Shown here: positions 41,998-56,675 of the stretch, piece by piece
How the letters are laid out: every line of letters starts with the position of its first letter
Position numbering within the stretch: position 1 is the stretch's first letter
Source: Octopus vulgaris
Lineage: Eukaryota
Length of the DNA stretch: 64,000 nucleotides
Reading direction: 5' to 3'
Assembly (NCBI GenBank): GCA_951406725.2
Contig: OX597817.1
Span: 9,548,001-9,612,000, forward strand
Program-made: the position numbers and the translations under genes
Notes under the pieces: model-generated
What the model saw: the letters and a program-made list of their open reading frames with translations, nothing else
Database searches by the model: none
What the model was told of the DNA's origin: nothing

Positions 41998-42164
41998 CAG
42001 GAGTGGCTGTGTGGTAAGTAGCTTGCTAACCAACCACATGGTTGCGGGTTCAGTCCCACTGCGTGGCACCTTGGGCAAGTGTCTTCTACTATAGCCCCGG
42101 GCTGACCAATGCCTTGTGAGTGGATTTGGTAGACGGAAACTGAAAGAAGCCTGTCGTATATATG

Positions 42165-42230
<66 letters not shown>

Positions 42231-42441
42231 TGTGTCTGTGTTTGTCCCCCTAGCATTGCTTGACAACCGGATGCTGGTGTATTTACGTCCCCGTCACTTA
42301 GCGGTTCGGCAAAAGAGACCGATCGAATAAGTACTGGGCTTACAAAGAATAAGTTCCGGGGTCGATTTGCTCGACTAAAGGCGGTGCTCCAGCATGGCCG
42401 CAGTCAAATGACTGAAACAAGTGAAAGAGTAAAAGAGTAAA
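41998..42441 (+). mobile_element. SINE family A, full length
   Basis: Head, core and aaaagagt tail present. Confidence 0.85.
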
Positions 42442-42950
42442 GAGAACCCAAGGGAACATGGAGGTTATCCCTGACTCAATCAAACTTCGAAATAGCTCAC
42501 AGTTTTTCACAACTGTTAAGGACCAAAAGCAGAAAGATGCCATATATGTGGAGATTCAACCCAGTTAAGAGCTTTCTGCTCACTGCACCTTCACCGAAAC
42601 AGCATCATTAGCAACAAAAGCAGCAGCAGCAGCATATGAAACAGCAGTAACAAAAGGAAACAAGAGAAATACACTCAACAAACATAGCAAACAACAATGT
42701 TATGAGAAAAATTAAACATCGCAACCCATGTATTTCACGCTCACTCTTACCGAAGACCTTTAAGTCATCATCGTCGTCATCATCAACATCATCATCATCA
42801 TCATCGTCGTCGTCGTCGTCGTCATTGTCGTCATCATCATCATCCTCATCATCATCATCATCATCGTCGTCATCATCATCATCATCAATATCATCATCAT
42901 CATCATCATCATCGTCGTCGTTATCGTCGTCGTCATCGTCGTCGTCGTCG

Positions 42951-42989
<39 letters not shown>

Positions 42990-42993
42990 CCAC

Positions 42994-43077
<84 letters not shown>

Positions 43078-43088
43078 GTTGTTGTTGT

Positions 43089-43134
<46 letters not shown>

Positions 43135-43154
43135 TTTCTTGTTGTTATTGTTGT

Positions 43155-43855
43155 TAGACTGAATCGTTAGTGCGTCGGGCAAAATGTTTAGCGGCATTTC
43201 GTCGATCTTCATGCTCTGAGTTCAAATTCCACCGTAGCCGACTTTGCCCTTCATAATTTCAGGGTCGATAAAATAAGAAACAGCCAAGCACTGGGGTCGG
43301 TGAAATCGACTTAGCCCACCTCCTCCGAAATTGCTGGCTTTGTGCCAAAATTTGAAACTATTGTTATTTATGTTGTTGTTGTTGTTATTATTATTAAGAC
43401 TCTGAGCTAGCAGAGTCGTTAGGAAGCTGAACAAAATGGTTAGTGGCATTTCATTCATCAATACATTCTGAGTTCAAATTCCACCGATATCGACTTTGCC
43501 TGTCACCCTTTCGGGGTCCAAGAAGTAACTATCTGCTGAGAACTGTGGTCAATGTAATCAACTAGCCCCTACCTGGAAATTTCTGTGGCCGAAAGGATTA
43601 TTATTATTGTTGTTGTTGTTGTTGTTGTTGTTACTACTAAAGCAGCGAGCTGGCAGAATTGTTAGCACGTTGGGCAAAATGGCTAACGGCATTTTCTCCG
43701 TCTTTACTTTCTGGGTTCAAATTCCGCCGAGGTCGACTTTGCCTTTCATCCATTGGTGATCGATGAAATAAGTAGCAGTCGAGCAGTGGAACCGATATAA
43801 TCGACTGGCGCCTCACGCAAAATTTCAGTCCTTGTACGAGTAAGAGAAAAGATTA
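43155..43855 (+). mobile_element. Three consecutive diverged SINE family B copies separated by TTA/TTG tracts
   Basis: gRgttcaaattcc...cgactttgcc at ~43218, ~43470 and ~43713. Confidence 0.75.
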
Positions 43856-43859
43856 TTAT

Positions 43860-44265
43860 TTTTCAATGATATTACTTTGATGCATTTTCAGCGCTTTCCG
43901 GAGCGTTACTCTGTGGCCTTATGTATATGAAATGTTTCGTTTTGGCTTTGCATTTTCTAATTTATTCATAATACTCAGCACTGTGTGGACATTGCCTAAT
44001 AGTATTGCTTTATCATATGCTGTGTCTATATCATGGGCCTTTTATTTTGCACCTTCTTTCATTTTTTTTTTAACAACTCATAAGACATCTATGATTATAG
44101 GGATCATTTTTACTTTCAACCCAGATCTTTACATTCGGATAATTTCCTCCTTTTCTTTCAGAGATGCATTATAACCTGTTCGATTTCTTACTTCGATCGG
44201 GAGGCACTTTCTTCTCTTGTGGTTCTTGACAACAAAATCCGAACGATTAGCCTTATTATTATTAT
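43860..44265 (-). mobile_element. Third decayed RLE (R4-like) LINE fragment
   Basis: KANRSDFVVKNHKRRKCLPIEV (RPD..IEV-like), KEKEE. Confidence 0.5.
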
Positions 44266-45634
44266 AAACGCTTATTTTCATGCAGAAGACTAACTTGCCC
44301 AACAAGTTTCCATTGCAGCCATACATATAATGCATGTAAGCTATTTTAAACGAACAGAAAAAAGTTATTCATCTATTCCCATCCCATTCTCTTGCTTCCA
44401 TTTTTCTTTCTTTCATTCTTTCTTTCTTTCTTCCTTTTCTTTTTACCTTCCTGCCTTTTGTTACTTTTCTATCTATCTTTCCTCGAAAGCGTTTTTCTCT
44501 TACCCTTTCACTCTCCATCTAATTATTACTCTGTTTCTATATCTGACATTTTATGTGTCTGCTTTCACTTTCCATCACTTTATCAATTTTCTTTCTTCGT
44601 TTATTTCGTCGCTCGTTTTTTTTTTCTTACTTCCTTTTTCTATTTCTTTCTATTCCTCTTCCCTCTCACTGTCATTTTCTCCATCTTTCTCTCGTACCCT
44701 CTCAAGCTCCTGACTACTTCACTTCATCACTTTCCCCTACCAGGTTTCTTTCTTCCTTCCTTTACTCACTTCCTTCTTTCTTTCTGCCTTTATGATTTAC
44801 TTGTCCTTCTCTCTAGCTATAAGTTCTACTTTACTTTCTTTCTTTCTTCCTTCATTTCTTTCTACCTTTCTGTCTTTCTGCCTTTCTTTCTCCACCACTC
44901 ACACGATTACACACGCACTCACACACATACGCACACACACCTGCTTTCTCTTTTTACTTTTCTTCTCAAAAGGTCAAACTAACCTTAAGGCACTTTTGAA
45001 CTGTCGATGACAGCGAGGCTATTCGCGAAAAGAGCTTTTAGTAAGACATTGACAACATCTTCAACAATACACGACTGACGTCATCTCAAGTCAACCACAT
45101 TAGGTGAATTACAACAATGGCGCCTCTGACAACAGTTTGAAACTGAAATGGTCGGCAACAGTTCGTGCTTTAGACTTTTGTTACCAGCATAGTGGACAAT
45201 GTAGGCAAGATGTGGTTAATTGACTTCAATTACTAAGCAACGGATTGATGAAGACATTGTTGCACACGTTTACAATACACTTGGTGTGTATATATATATA
45301 CTCACAGAACAATGAAAAACAAAATAAAAAAGAACAACAATAGCTGTAAAGATGTCATGTACGTCAAATAACTGCAACAAGCTTGGCTTTATTGTTAAGA
45401 AGATCGTTTCACAAAGCTGTGGTTCTGAGTTCAATTCGCCTGTGCACCACCTTGGTCAAGTATAACATCGAGTAGAGTCGAACCTAGTGCATGGAAATGA
45501 TTAAATGGAAACTGCACAGAGGCTTGTAAGAATGTCCTGGTTCTTATGTTTAGACTTAATTTATCGTCCAGTTTAGCATCATCAACTTTCATCCGGCAAC
45601 CTTTCGTAGAACACGGACCATGTCTCCGGCCTGA

Positions 45635-46029
45635 TACGTCCCCGTATCTCAAGCGGTTCGGCAAAAGGGACCTGGACGGGATGCCGGTCCGTCGCAGGTG
45701 AGCTGCAAGATTCAGGAGGGAAGAGTGAGAGAAGGTTGTGGCGAAAGAGTCAGCAGAAGCTCGTCATTGCCTTCTGCCGGAGCCGCGTGGAGTTTAGGTG
45801 TTTCGCTCATAAACACACACAACGCGCGGCCTGAGATTCGAACCCGCGATCCCTCGACCGCGAATCGGCTGCGCTAACCACTAAGCCATGTACCTCCACA
45901 TACTGATATGTAGGTTCGATCATATACATCTATAAGCAGAATATTCAATTATATATTAAGGTTCTCTTCCAAGACACCATTACTGCAACCTATATAATCA
46001 TAATAATAATCGGTACAATATTTTAGCTT
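45635..46029 (-). repeat. Inverted second copy of the 38118-38515 composite
   Basis: Reverse-complement match across leader, head and junction. Confidence 0.8.
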
Positions 46030-46642
46030 AAAGGTCTTCGGTAACTCGATGTATTGATGTCGTAAAAGCTACAGAAACTAAATAAGTAGCTTTTGGGGTC
46101 AGTTTGTTGAAACAGTTCAATATTTCAGCGCAGGATATCCATTATTGATCAAATGTAAATGTGTAAAATATGTAATCAGTTTGATTGGTTGTTATCTTCA
46201 CTAGTCAAAGACGGCAAAAGCTAGGAATGACCATGAATGACCATGGGATTGCACCTAGAATGTTCCCCTCTGGGGTACAAGTCCAGGTAAGGTTTTTGTG
46301 AGGAAAACCAGCAGTCACTCATGCAAACCGATCTCCCCTCTCCACGCCATCGATTTTGTCCAAGGGAATGGCAATGCCCAAACAGCGTGGCACCAGTGAC
46401 ACCGCAACTCATTTCTACAGCTGAGTGAACTGGAGCAACGTTAGAATTTCACTGGTACTTAATTTTTCGACCCCGAAAGGATGAAAGGCAAAGTTGACAT
46501 CGGTGGAATTTTAACTTAGAACGTATCGATGAGCGAAATATCGCTAAACAATTCGTCCAGCGCACTAACAATTCTGCCACGCCGCCTTAATAATAATGGT
46601 AAGCGCTGGGTAGTGCAGTGAAAGCACGTGATAAAAATGATA

Positions 46643-46707
<65 letters not shown>

Positions 46708-46835
46708 TGATGATGATGATGATGATGATAATAATAATAATAACAATAATAATAATAATAATAAAAAATAATAATAATAATGATGATGATGATGATGATA
46801 ATAATAATAATAACAACAACAACAACAACAACAAC

Positions 46836-46868
<33 letters not shown>

Positions 46869-47912
46869 ACTACTACTACTACTACTATTCCTCCTGTCGA
46901 AAAACCTATTTTTGTTGTAGTTGATGCTCTTGATACCAGCTAAGCAATAATGGAGCCTCATGGAGCTTTAGGTGTTTTCGCTCAATAAACACTCACAACG
47001 CCCGGTCTGGGAATCGAAACCGCGACCCTACGACCACGAGTTCGCTGCCCTAACCACTGGGCCATTGCGCCTCCACGATGGGAACTACCGCTATTGTTGC
47101 TGTTGTTATTGCTGCTGCTGCTATTGTTGCTGCTGTTGCTGCTGCTGCTGCTATGATGATAAATTGATTTTAAAAAATAGCCATTCTAATAATGTATTTT
47201 ATACTTTAACGTATAAAATTGCAGATGAATAAAATTAGATGACTGTACAGAGGGGAAAACAAAGAGGAAAACGAAGCACAATACTTAGAATTTCCTACCC
47301 CAAACTAGGTATTTATGAATTAGAATTACTAGAAGCTGAACGTAAACAAAAATTCTGTAATTAGTATAGTAGTGCGGATTTAAATAAATATATCAGAAAA
47401 TTACAATATACTAATATAAATGGATTTAAAAACCTGAAAACTTGTTCACTTAGATTAACTGAGGAATAGTATTCCTAAGAATAGAATATTACCAAAGGAA
47501 AAGATATATGAGGAAGATTTTCCCATAAAATTTCCAATCAGAATTCGAACTAGGAATTACGCAAGTGGCTCCAAAACTTATGACTAAACGCTAAAGATTG
47601 GAGTCGTGATAGGAGAGGTTGATGAAATACACATTATTCGTATGCGTTGGTGAAATCAACAATACCCATCGTCTAAACTTGTTTATCAGTGAGGGCAATA
47701 TTTTATTTCTACCGTTGGTAGAAAACCAAACGTTTGTAGTAGAAGGTTAAATTAAGTGAAAAAAAGAAAATCATTCTAGTCCACTCGCGACGTTTGTTCA
47801 ATAGTCGCTGAAGTGTGAAAGGCTAAGTTAATCTGTTATTGCAATGTTAATGAGTCGGGTGGAACGATTCCGACTGCTACTGCTTCTGCCGCTTCTGCTG
47901 CTGCTGCTGCTG

Positions 47913-47948
<36 letters not shown>

Positions 47949-47966
47949 ATACTGCTGCTGCTGCTG

Positions 47967-48065
<99 letters not shown>

Positions 48066-48083
48066 ATGCTGCTGCTGCTGCTG

Positions 48084-48187
<104 letters not shown>

Positions 48188-48727
48188 GTTCCTGCTGTCG
48201 AAAAACCTATTTTTGTTGTAGTTGATGCTCTTGATATCAGCTAAGCAATAATGGAGAAACATTAGGAACGGAGGCAAAACACTGCTACTATGTTTAGCTA
48301 ATCTCATCCCTGTATTACTTCTCATAATCCATTTAGCGAACAGTAGCACTTTTTAATTCGTTATTTCTATGTCTTATTCTGCAGGAGGAGAAACACACAT
48401 GACCTTTGCAGATTCCCCGAGACTGGTGAGATCAATACGATTGACGTTTGCTTTGTGCATAATTAAATCGAGAACAGGACGAAAACCTGATGGAGAAGGA
48501 ATTCTAGGGTTTGACATCTGAGAAAGAGAGGTTGAAATAAGTATTACTTCAGGGTTTAGAGAGTGTGTCACAATAGGGGTGATGCGAGGAGGAGGAACTG
48601 GTAAAAAAGGTGAGTCTAGGAGGAGGAGGTGTCCAACTAGCTAATTCAGAAGGGCACAGACTGTTGTAGCATCGAGGAAATAGGTCTAGAGAGGAACCGG
48701 GTTTCTGTAGGCTAGTAGCAGTGTGTT

Positions 48728-49028
48728 GATGGGTATTGTTGATTTCACCAACGCATACGAATAATGTGTATTTCATCAACCTCTCCTATCACGACTCCAA
48801 TCTTTAGCGTTTAGTCATAAGTTTTGGAGCCACTTGCGTAATTCCTAGTTCGAATTCTGATTGGAAATTTTATGGGAAAATCTTCCTCATATATCTTTTC
48901 CTTTGGTAATATTCTATTCTTAGGAATACTATTCCTCAGTTAATCTAAGTGAACAAGTTTTCAGGTTTTTAAATCCATTTATATTAGTATATTGTAATTT
49001 TCTGATATATTTATTTAAATCCGCACTA
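48728..49028 (-). repeat. 301-bp inverted copy of 47370-47670 flanked by a 13-bp direct repeat
   Basis: tagcagtgtgttg at 48716-48728 and 49027-49039. Confidence 0.9.
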
Positions 49029-50222
49029 GCAGTGTGTTGTAGCAGTGGCCATCTTTTCGGTGCATTCTAGGATATTTGTGTAGAATGTTAGGAGTATCTC
49101 AGATATAGGAGAGATATTTTATGGTACTGCTAAGTTGAGTTTTGTAATTGATCAAATGGAGTATTAATTATCCCTGAAGAGGAAACCTCATGTTTGGGAT
49201 GTAAATGTAGCTATGTTAAGCATGTGAGAGTTGTCATGTTGTTTTCATAAGATTAGTAGTGATTCTATCTTAGTACAGCTGGATTAACTAACGTTCGAAG
49301 CCTTGTTTAGCATTATGACAAGCTTCGAAAGTGCGACTTCCATACATAATTCGAGTCGGGAGATGAACTCCGCCAGTTTGGAAATCTTTTGGGTTGATTC
49401 TGTGATTTGTTTAAGTTTAAGGAATATTTTCTTCCCCACAGTCTTCCAAACTAGGTTACCTTTATTTATCCCAATCAGCATATGGAGTATAATGGAAGAA
49501 ATGTATCAGATGAATTGCTGCATAAATAAATTATAAGATAATAAGTAAAACCGGTAACATCTAGAGATTCAAGGCTCAGACACGTTGGAACCAGTCTGTC
49601 CTTAAGCTAACGTTTGAAAATGTCAGTAGAATCGACAAATTGCGAAATTCCCCCAATGAAATATGATAAACAGAGCAAACATCTCCTTGATGCTATCACT
49701 TCAAGTGGCCATTATATACTAAAATATTATTACAAAGTTCTACAAAATGTTTGTTATATGTATTAATAAACGATTGATAGAGAAAATTGGACATAGGCAT
49801 TCTTCAGCAAGTTCGGATGGGATGATAATCATAACAATTATATTCCCATAAGGTATAAAAAAAACATTCAACAACATTTTAAATGATAGTTATTTTACCA
49901 CAGCGTATAACTTTAAGAGACACTTTTTGCGCCATTTTGTTATTAATAAAAAAGTGATGATAGTTCGCTTTGGAGAATTTGCGATTGAAAGAGGAAGGAG
50001 CGACGTACATTTAAGTCTTACCCAAAAGTTACTCACTTTTGGACCTGTTTATATTCAACGCAAACGCGGACGTCAAATAAAATATAAAAAGAATTAGCAA
50101 ACAAATATGATGCGATTCGAATTCAAATTAAAATGTGCAAAAAGCGTCTTGGAAATATGTAAGTTCGAATCACGCTTGGTTCATGTAATTTTGAATTTAA
50201 TTTATATTGCCTTTATGTAGTA

Positions 50223-50466
50223 CTAGCAGTATCGCCCGGCGTTGCTCGGGTTTGTAAGGGAAATTACTATATAAGCATTTTTAGAGAGTTACTTCCCTTA
50301 TATAATAGCAAAAAATGCATTAAAATGGGAAAAAATGATGTTTAATCGTAGACTCATCGTAGACACGCGCTAATACCCAGAAGGGCTCGATATGAATCAC
50401 GACTATAAGATACCCGCTTTTGGTTGGAGACAGACACTCACACAACTTCACTTTTATATATAAAGA
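50223..50466 (-). mobile_element. Non-autonomous Helitron, family 1
   Basis: Same termini as 3500-3894, with internal deletions. Confidence 0.85.
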
Positions 50467-52588
50467 TATATAGAAATATATCAATTGAACTGCAGGTGTT
50501 AGAGATTATATGGTCAGTTTGTGATGAATGGCGCCTGAGAATTATGCTGGTTTCCTTGTAATATTTCTAACACATAAACGTAATAAATATCGCAATACCC
50601 AACTTTGTCTGAAGTCAAGCAGCTGATAACTCGTTGTTGAATATTTCGATTCAAGAAAGGTCTAGGAATTCATGTAATATATACTACAAGCCTCTGAGAA
50701 ATTGTATATATACACATTTTCTATTCACTAGTTACAGTTTAATAACAAATTTAGAAAATGAATTGTCTCCATTTACAACAGGCATTTAATAATTATCATA
50801 ATCTACAGTTTGCTCAATCAGTCGTAGTTATTGAAGGCTCATGGTCTTGTAGTTAGGGTGTTAGATTCGTAATCATAAAGTCGAGAGTTCAATTTCTTAC
50901 TTGGGCGACGCAATATGTGCTTGAACTTGGTATTTCATTTCACGTTTTCTCAGTCTTCCTAGCTGAAATGAATACGAGTCAGGTGCTGATGCGGCCTTCT
51001 TTCCCTCCTGTTGTAACATCCTCGATATTCCATTAGTTCAAGAGTGAAGGAGCCGTAAGGGTATCTGTCTACTCTCTACCAAGTAGGCACTTACAAAAGT
51101 TAGTGAAAGCATAGTACAACGTTACCAAACCACATTCCCTTGCGAGTGAAGGTGAGCTGTACTTTATCCTTATTAACTCAAAGGAAGTCAACAAATAGAA
51201 CGGTGATATTCATGCATCATGAATGATGTTAGAGAAATGAATGAAACAAAATGTTTTAAAGCAAGAATCGAAGGCGTATCACGAACTCTAAATTTGCGGA
51301 TTCCTTATAGTGGTTCACTAAGCAAGTTCAAATTCCACATTATGCTTTCAGGTTTTTCTTTCTTTTCTAAATACTCAGTTTAAAAACTTTATGTCTCGCA
51401 ACCTCACATACGTTGTTTAAAGGGCATTAAGGTGTATCAGGTATATTCGTAGCATGATATACGTTAATAGTAAATCTAAATATACTTATTATAGTTTTAT
51501 CCTTAAACTGAGAATTATCAGAAAGCTACTTGTCTATTTAGTAAACGTACCGAATACTTCCCAAGAAATGTGGATCCCGTCCAACATATTCTGGTAAATA
51601 CTCATGTTTTTGTTAAACGTCATATGTGATACCTCATCAGACTCTACGAAAAATATTAGTTAGTTTTGACAAGATATTTAGGTTAGGTGAGATGGAGAAA
51701 GGAGAGGTTATGATACACATACCTTCCTCAAAGGCGTTATCCGCATAACATAAATCAAACAAAGTGACTTCAAATGCTACCAGCTACAATATCAAGACAT
51801 TTGAACCGAGAGGAAAAGCAATGAATTAGACTAATGCTACTACCACCATTATCAACACAACATCACGATTTTAGGAACTTAACCGCCATTGAGAAGCGTA
51901 ACATTAACAAAGAGCACCGCATCATCAATTCCATCACCTCCAGCAGCCAACATGGGAGCCTCTCGCAGCCACTCAACTGGCTTGAAGTAACAGCCAAATC
52001 ACTATTAAATTACACACGCTTGTCTTTTAAAGGAAAGGTGACATTGGCTGGAGACTCTCAGAAAAGTAAAGGTTTGTTTGAACATGGCTGGAATGCCTTT
52101 GGTCGGAAGTCTGTTCAATCAAGATTGACGTGACTAAACAAGAATAAGAACAACAACAACAACAATAAAAACAACAAAAACAGCAGCAGGAGCAGTAACA
52201 GCAGCGGCATCAACGACCTTCCGTTTACTACTATCACTACCATTCATCACCTCAAGCCTAGCTTCGATATAAATACCATTTCGCCAACTTTATCTCATCA
52301 GACCACTATCACATTCATCATCACTACCACAACTGCGCCCACCAGCACCAGCTGTAGCACAAGCACCACCACCACCACCACCGCTCCCACAACCACCACA
52401 ACTAAAACTACCATCTTCGCCGCCACCACCACCACCACCACCACCACCACCACCACCATCACAACAATCATCATCACCACAATCATCATCACTACAACCA
52501 TCAACTTTACCACCAACACCGTAACCACCATCACTACAGCTGCTATGACCACCACCACTACCACAACAACAAGAACAACAGCTGCTAG

Positions 52589-52654
<66 letters not shown>

Positions 52655-53381
52655 TACTACTACGGACAGTATTTCCACGAGGCATACAAATTTTACATAG
52701 CTTCTTCCATTGTTGCAATCGATCTATCTTTAATGGCTGTGTTACTTCTAACATAGCCACCATGATGCCTCTCAGCATTCGATTTGAATGCATCACATGA
52801 CTACCTATTCGATTTAGCAGATAATACCGTTTTTCTGAAGCATCTCTACTGTGTTTCATAGTTCGAAGATCAAAATGAATCCTGATTTCGTTTTTCTTCC
52901 ACCTACAATATCAATGACATCCACAACGACAACACCTGTCTGTTTTTGATAAACGGTGAGGCTATACATACATACATACATACATACATACATACATACA
53001 TACATACATACATACATACATACATAATACATACATGCATGTATGCATGCATACATACATACATACAAACATACATACATACATACATACATACATACAT
53101 ACATACATACATACATACATACATACATACATACATACGTGTATATACAAATTTAAAAAATAGGATAAAATCTTAATAAGAAATCTTAACAAGAAATTAT
53201 CAAGTAACTAGCGTGAAAAACCTCATAAGAGAAAAAAAATTATTTTCTTTGAAAATACATGTATATACATATATATGTATATACATATACATGTATACAT
53301 GTATAAATACATGCATATACATATATATGTATATACATAAATACATACATACACAGACAGACAGACAGAGAGATAGCTAGC

Positions 53382-53534
<153 letters not shown>

Positions 53535-54122
53535 GGGGACATTCAATTATCTATCTATCTATAGATTTCTCTCACTGGTCTTTTCCTCGTGTCCAAGCAT
53601 CTTTAGATTTAACATAAAAAGTTAGGCTCCCTATGTTGATTAAACTAATATTAGTTACCGAACGACTCTTGTCTTGTGTTTTCTACTCCGTTAGTGGTTG
53701 AGGTCAGGAATATGTCCTTTGTAGAAGGAATATCTTACCGGAGATGACCACCATAATTGCTATCAGCATGATTTTTACTACTGTCTGATCCATTGCAGTG
53801 GAAAATTATGTAGACGAGGCATGTTTACCTGTCTTACACGTTGACGCCATCGATTGGTTTTCTTCTGTTCATCATCTTCAACGTCTGCATTTTGTTATCA
53901 AACTTCTCATAATGGAGTAGACACATGCTCTTTTACTCTTTCTCTTGTTTCAGTCTTTGAACGTTGGCCATGCTGGGGCACTTCCCTTCAGGATTTTAGT
54001 CGAACATATTCATAGCGATATTTATCCTAGTCTTGCACATATTTTGGAGATCCCTATTTTTCAAACCACAGCCGCTTACACACGCACACACACACACTAG
54101 TACATAAACACATATATACGAG

Positions 54123-54210
<88 letters not shown>

Positions 54211-55222
54211 TGTATATAAAAATAAATATAAGAGAGTGGTCACTATGTATTTTTTGTATAAAATATTATAATATATTATAAAAAATATAAAATATTATAA
54301 TATATTATAAAATATTTGTATAAAATATTATAATATATTATAAAATATTATAATAATCCAGGTTTCTCGGAGCACTGGGCCACTTGGTGTTGAATAGGTA
54401 TACTATTAAATTAGTATCTAATTCTCTCACCCTTATTAATTAATTATATATGTATATATATATATGTATTTATATATATTATATTGAGGGTAATGTATGT
54501 ATATTCATGTACATATATATATGTTGGTGTATATCTGCATAAATCATTAGTATATATGCATACGCGCACATAATACACACATGCACACATGAATGTACAT
54601 ATGTACGTATAAATAAATAAATATGTGTGTGTATGTGTCTGTAAATTACAAAAAGACAGACGGACAAGAGGATAAGGTGTTTTAGAGGGGAAAACGAAAG
54701 CACAACAGAGCACACAGATGAGATCTCTTCATCAGCTGTCAACTGAAAATTATAACAATATCGGCACTTAAGTCAATATAGTTTACTTCAGCGGTGGCGA
54801 GTGTTCAGCTGAATGCGTGCCAAAAGCAATCAAAGGCAAGAAGAATAAGTGCACAGTTATCAATGTAGGATACAAACTGTACGAACGAAGTGAACAGGGA
54901 TATATTTACGGATTGTCTTTCGATTTGCACAATAAAAAATGGAAGTAATGCATGAAGAAATACAGTATATCGTCTTGCACTTCATAGTAGAAGAAAACAA
55001 CATCTATTCGTTGCGGAAGGAAAGAGAGTGAATGAGAGAGAGAGAGAGAGGGAGAGAGAGACATATAGACAGGCAAACATACAGACAGACATACAGAAAA
55101 ACAGAGGGACTGAGAGGGAAGATGAGAGAGGAAGAGTAGTAGGCACGTGAAGATAAATTAAGACAGAAAAGGAAGGGAAAAGATTGAGAAACCGGTGCAG
55201 GACCGAGGTTGCAGGACTGACT

Positions 55223-55310
<88 letters not shown>

Positions 55311-55870
55311 AAGAGAGAGAAAGTGAAAGGGAGAGAGATAGGGCGGGAGAGAGACAGAAAGCGAGAGAAGAAAACAGAGAGAACCCACCCACTACATGAG
55401 TACAAGTTTGTCCTCAAACACACACATACACACACACACAGTCATATACATACAAGCATACACACACATAGATATACACACACGTGATACAGATATTTCC
55501 AAACCCAAAAAGTTCTCTTGACTTGAACAAAAGAGACTTGTCACGTTGTTAGTGACGGCTTGAACTCTAGAGAGGAAATAATTCAGTAAATTCTGAAGAC
55601 ATACATATACATACATGCATATCTACATATCAATGCACACACACACACATACACACACATGTAAGTATCAATGTACATATATTTTTATATACGTGCGTGC
55701 ATATATGAATATATGTGTGTGTATATATGATATATATATATATGTACATGTACGTGTGTCTCTGAGGCTGTATGTATATATATATATATGCGTGTGTATA
55801 CGCATATATGTGTGTCCACATATGTTTATTTACACGTATATGCATATGTGTAAGCATGCGTGTGTATATA

Positions 55871-55963
<93 letters not shown>

Positions 55964-56642
55964 ACACACATGCGTAGTCTGACTATGAAGAAGTGATGAT
56001 AGAACTGTGTATTTTTAAACGCATGTATTTCATCTCTTCCTATTAATAACTGCATATCTGACTGTTGAAAGATGACTTCAAAAGTAACTAGTAAGGATCT
56101 CTCTAGGAAATTTGCAAAATTTGGCATCCTGGTGTTATCATTTACCTGCAGAAAAATGGTTTAGCCCAAGTGGTTTAGTCCAAGTAAAGCCTGAAGTATA
56201 TTCATGATGGCGTAGATGCTTCATTATGGGTTGGCGCTACGTTGAAAAATAAAGCTCTATAGGTTACATTCCAAGAGAGTATCTTAGTCTATGAATGTCT
56301 CAGCCAGCCAGCCAGCCAGCCAGCCATCAATCCATCCGCTCATCCACGTATCCATACAGACATACATACGTGCACACGCGCGCGAGCGCGCGCACACACA
56401 CACACACGCATATAGTTCAAATTTACAGAAAACAAAAGACATGTGAGGGAACAACAAGCAGGAATATCAGTTTGGCGCTCGGGAAGAATGGAAATGTCTT
56501 TGACATTTCGAGCCTACGCTCTTGGACAGAAAGGGATGATAGGAAAAATGGAGAGAGGACGAACAAATGGAGAAATATTTGTGTGTATGTTTGTGTATGC
56601 GTGTGTGTGTGTGCATTTATGTATGTATGTATGTGCGTGTGC

Positions 56643-56675
<33 letters not shown>

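Noticed and set aside
45070-45130. CRE (TGACGTCA) and YY1-like motif as a promoter
   Set aside because: Short motifs expected by chance, with no linked gene.
49170-49200. CTGAAGAGGAAAC as a hammerhead
   Set aside because: No stem II between the core halves and no valid stem III/NUH.
52290-52680. Gly/Cys/Ser-rich 'protein'
   Set aside because: Degenerate (ACC)/(ACT)n low-complexity tract.
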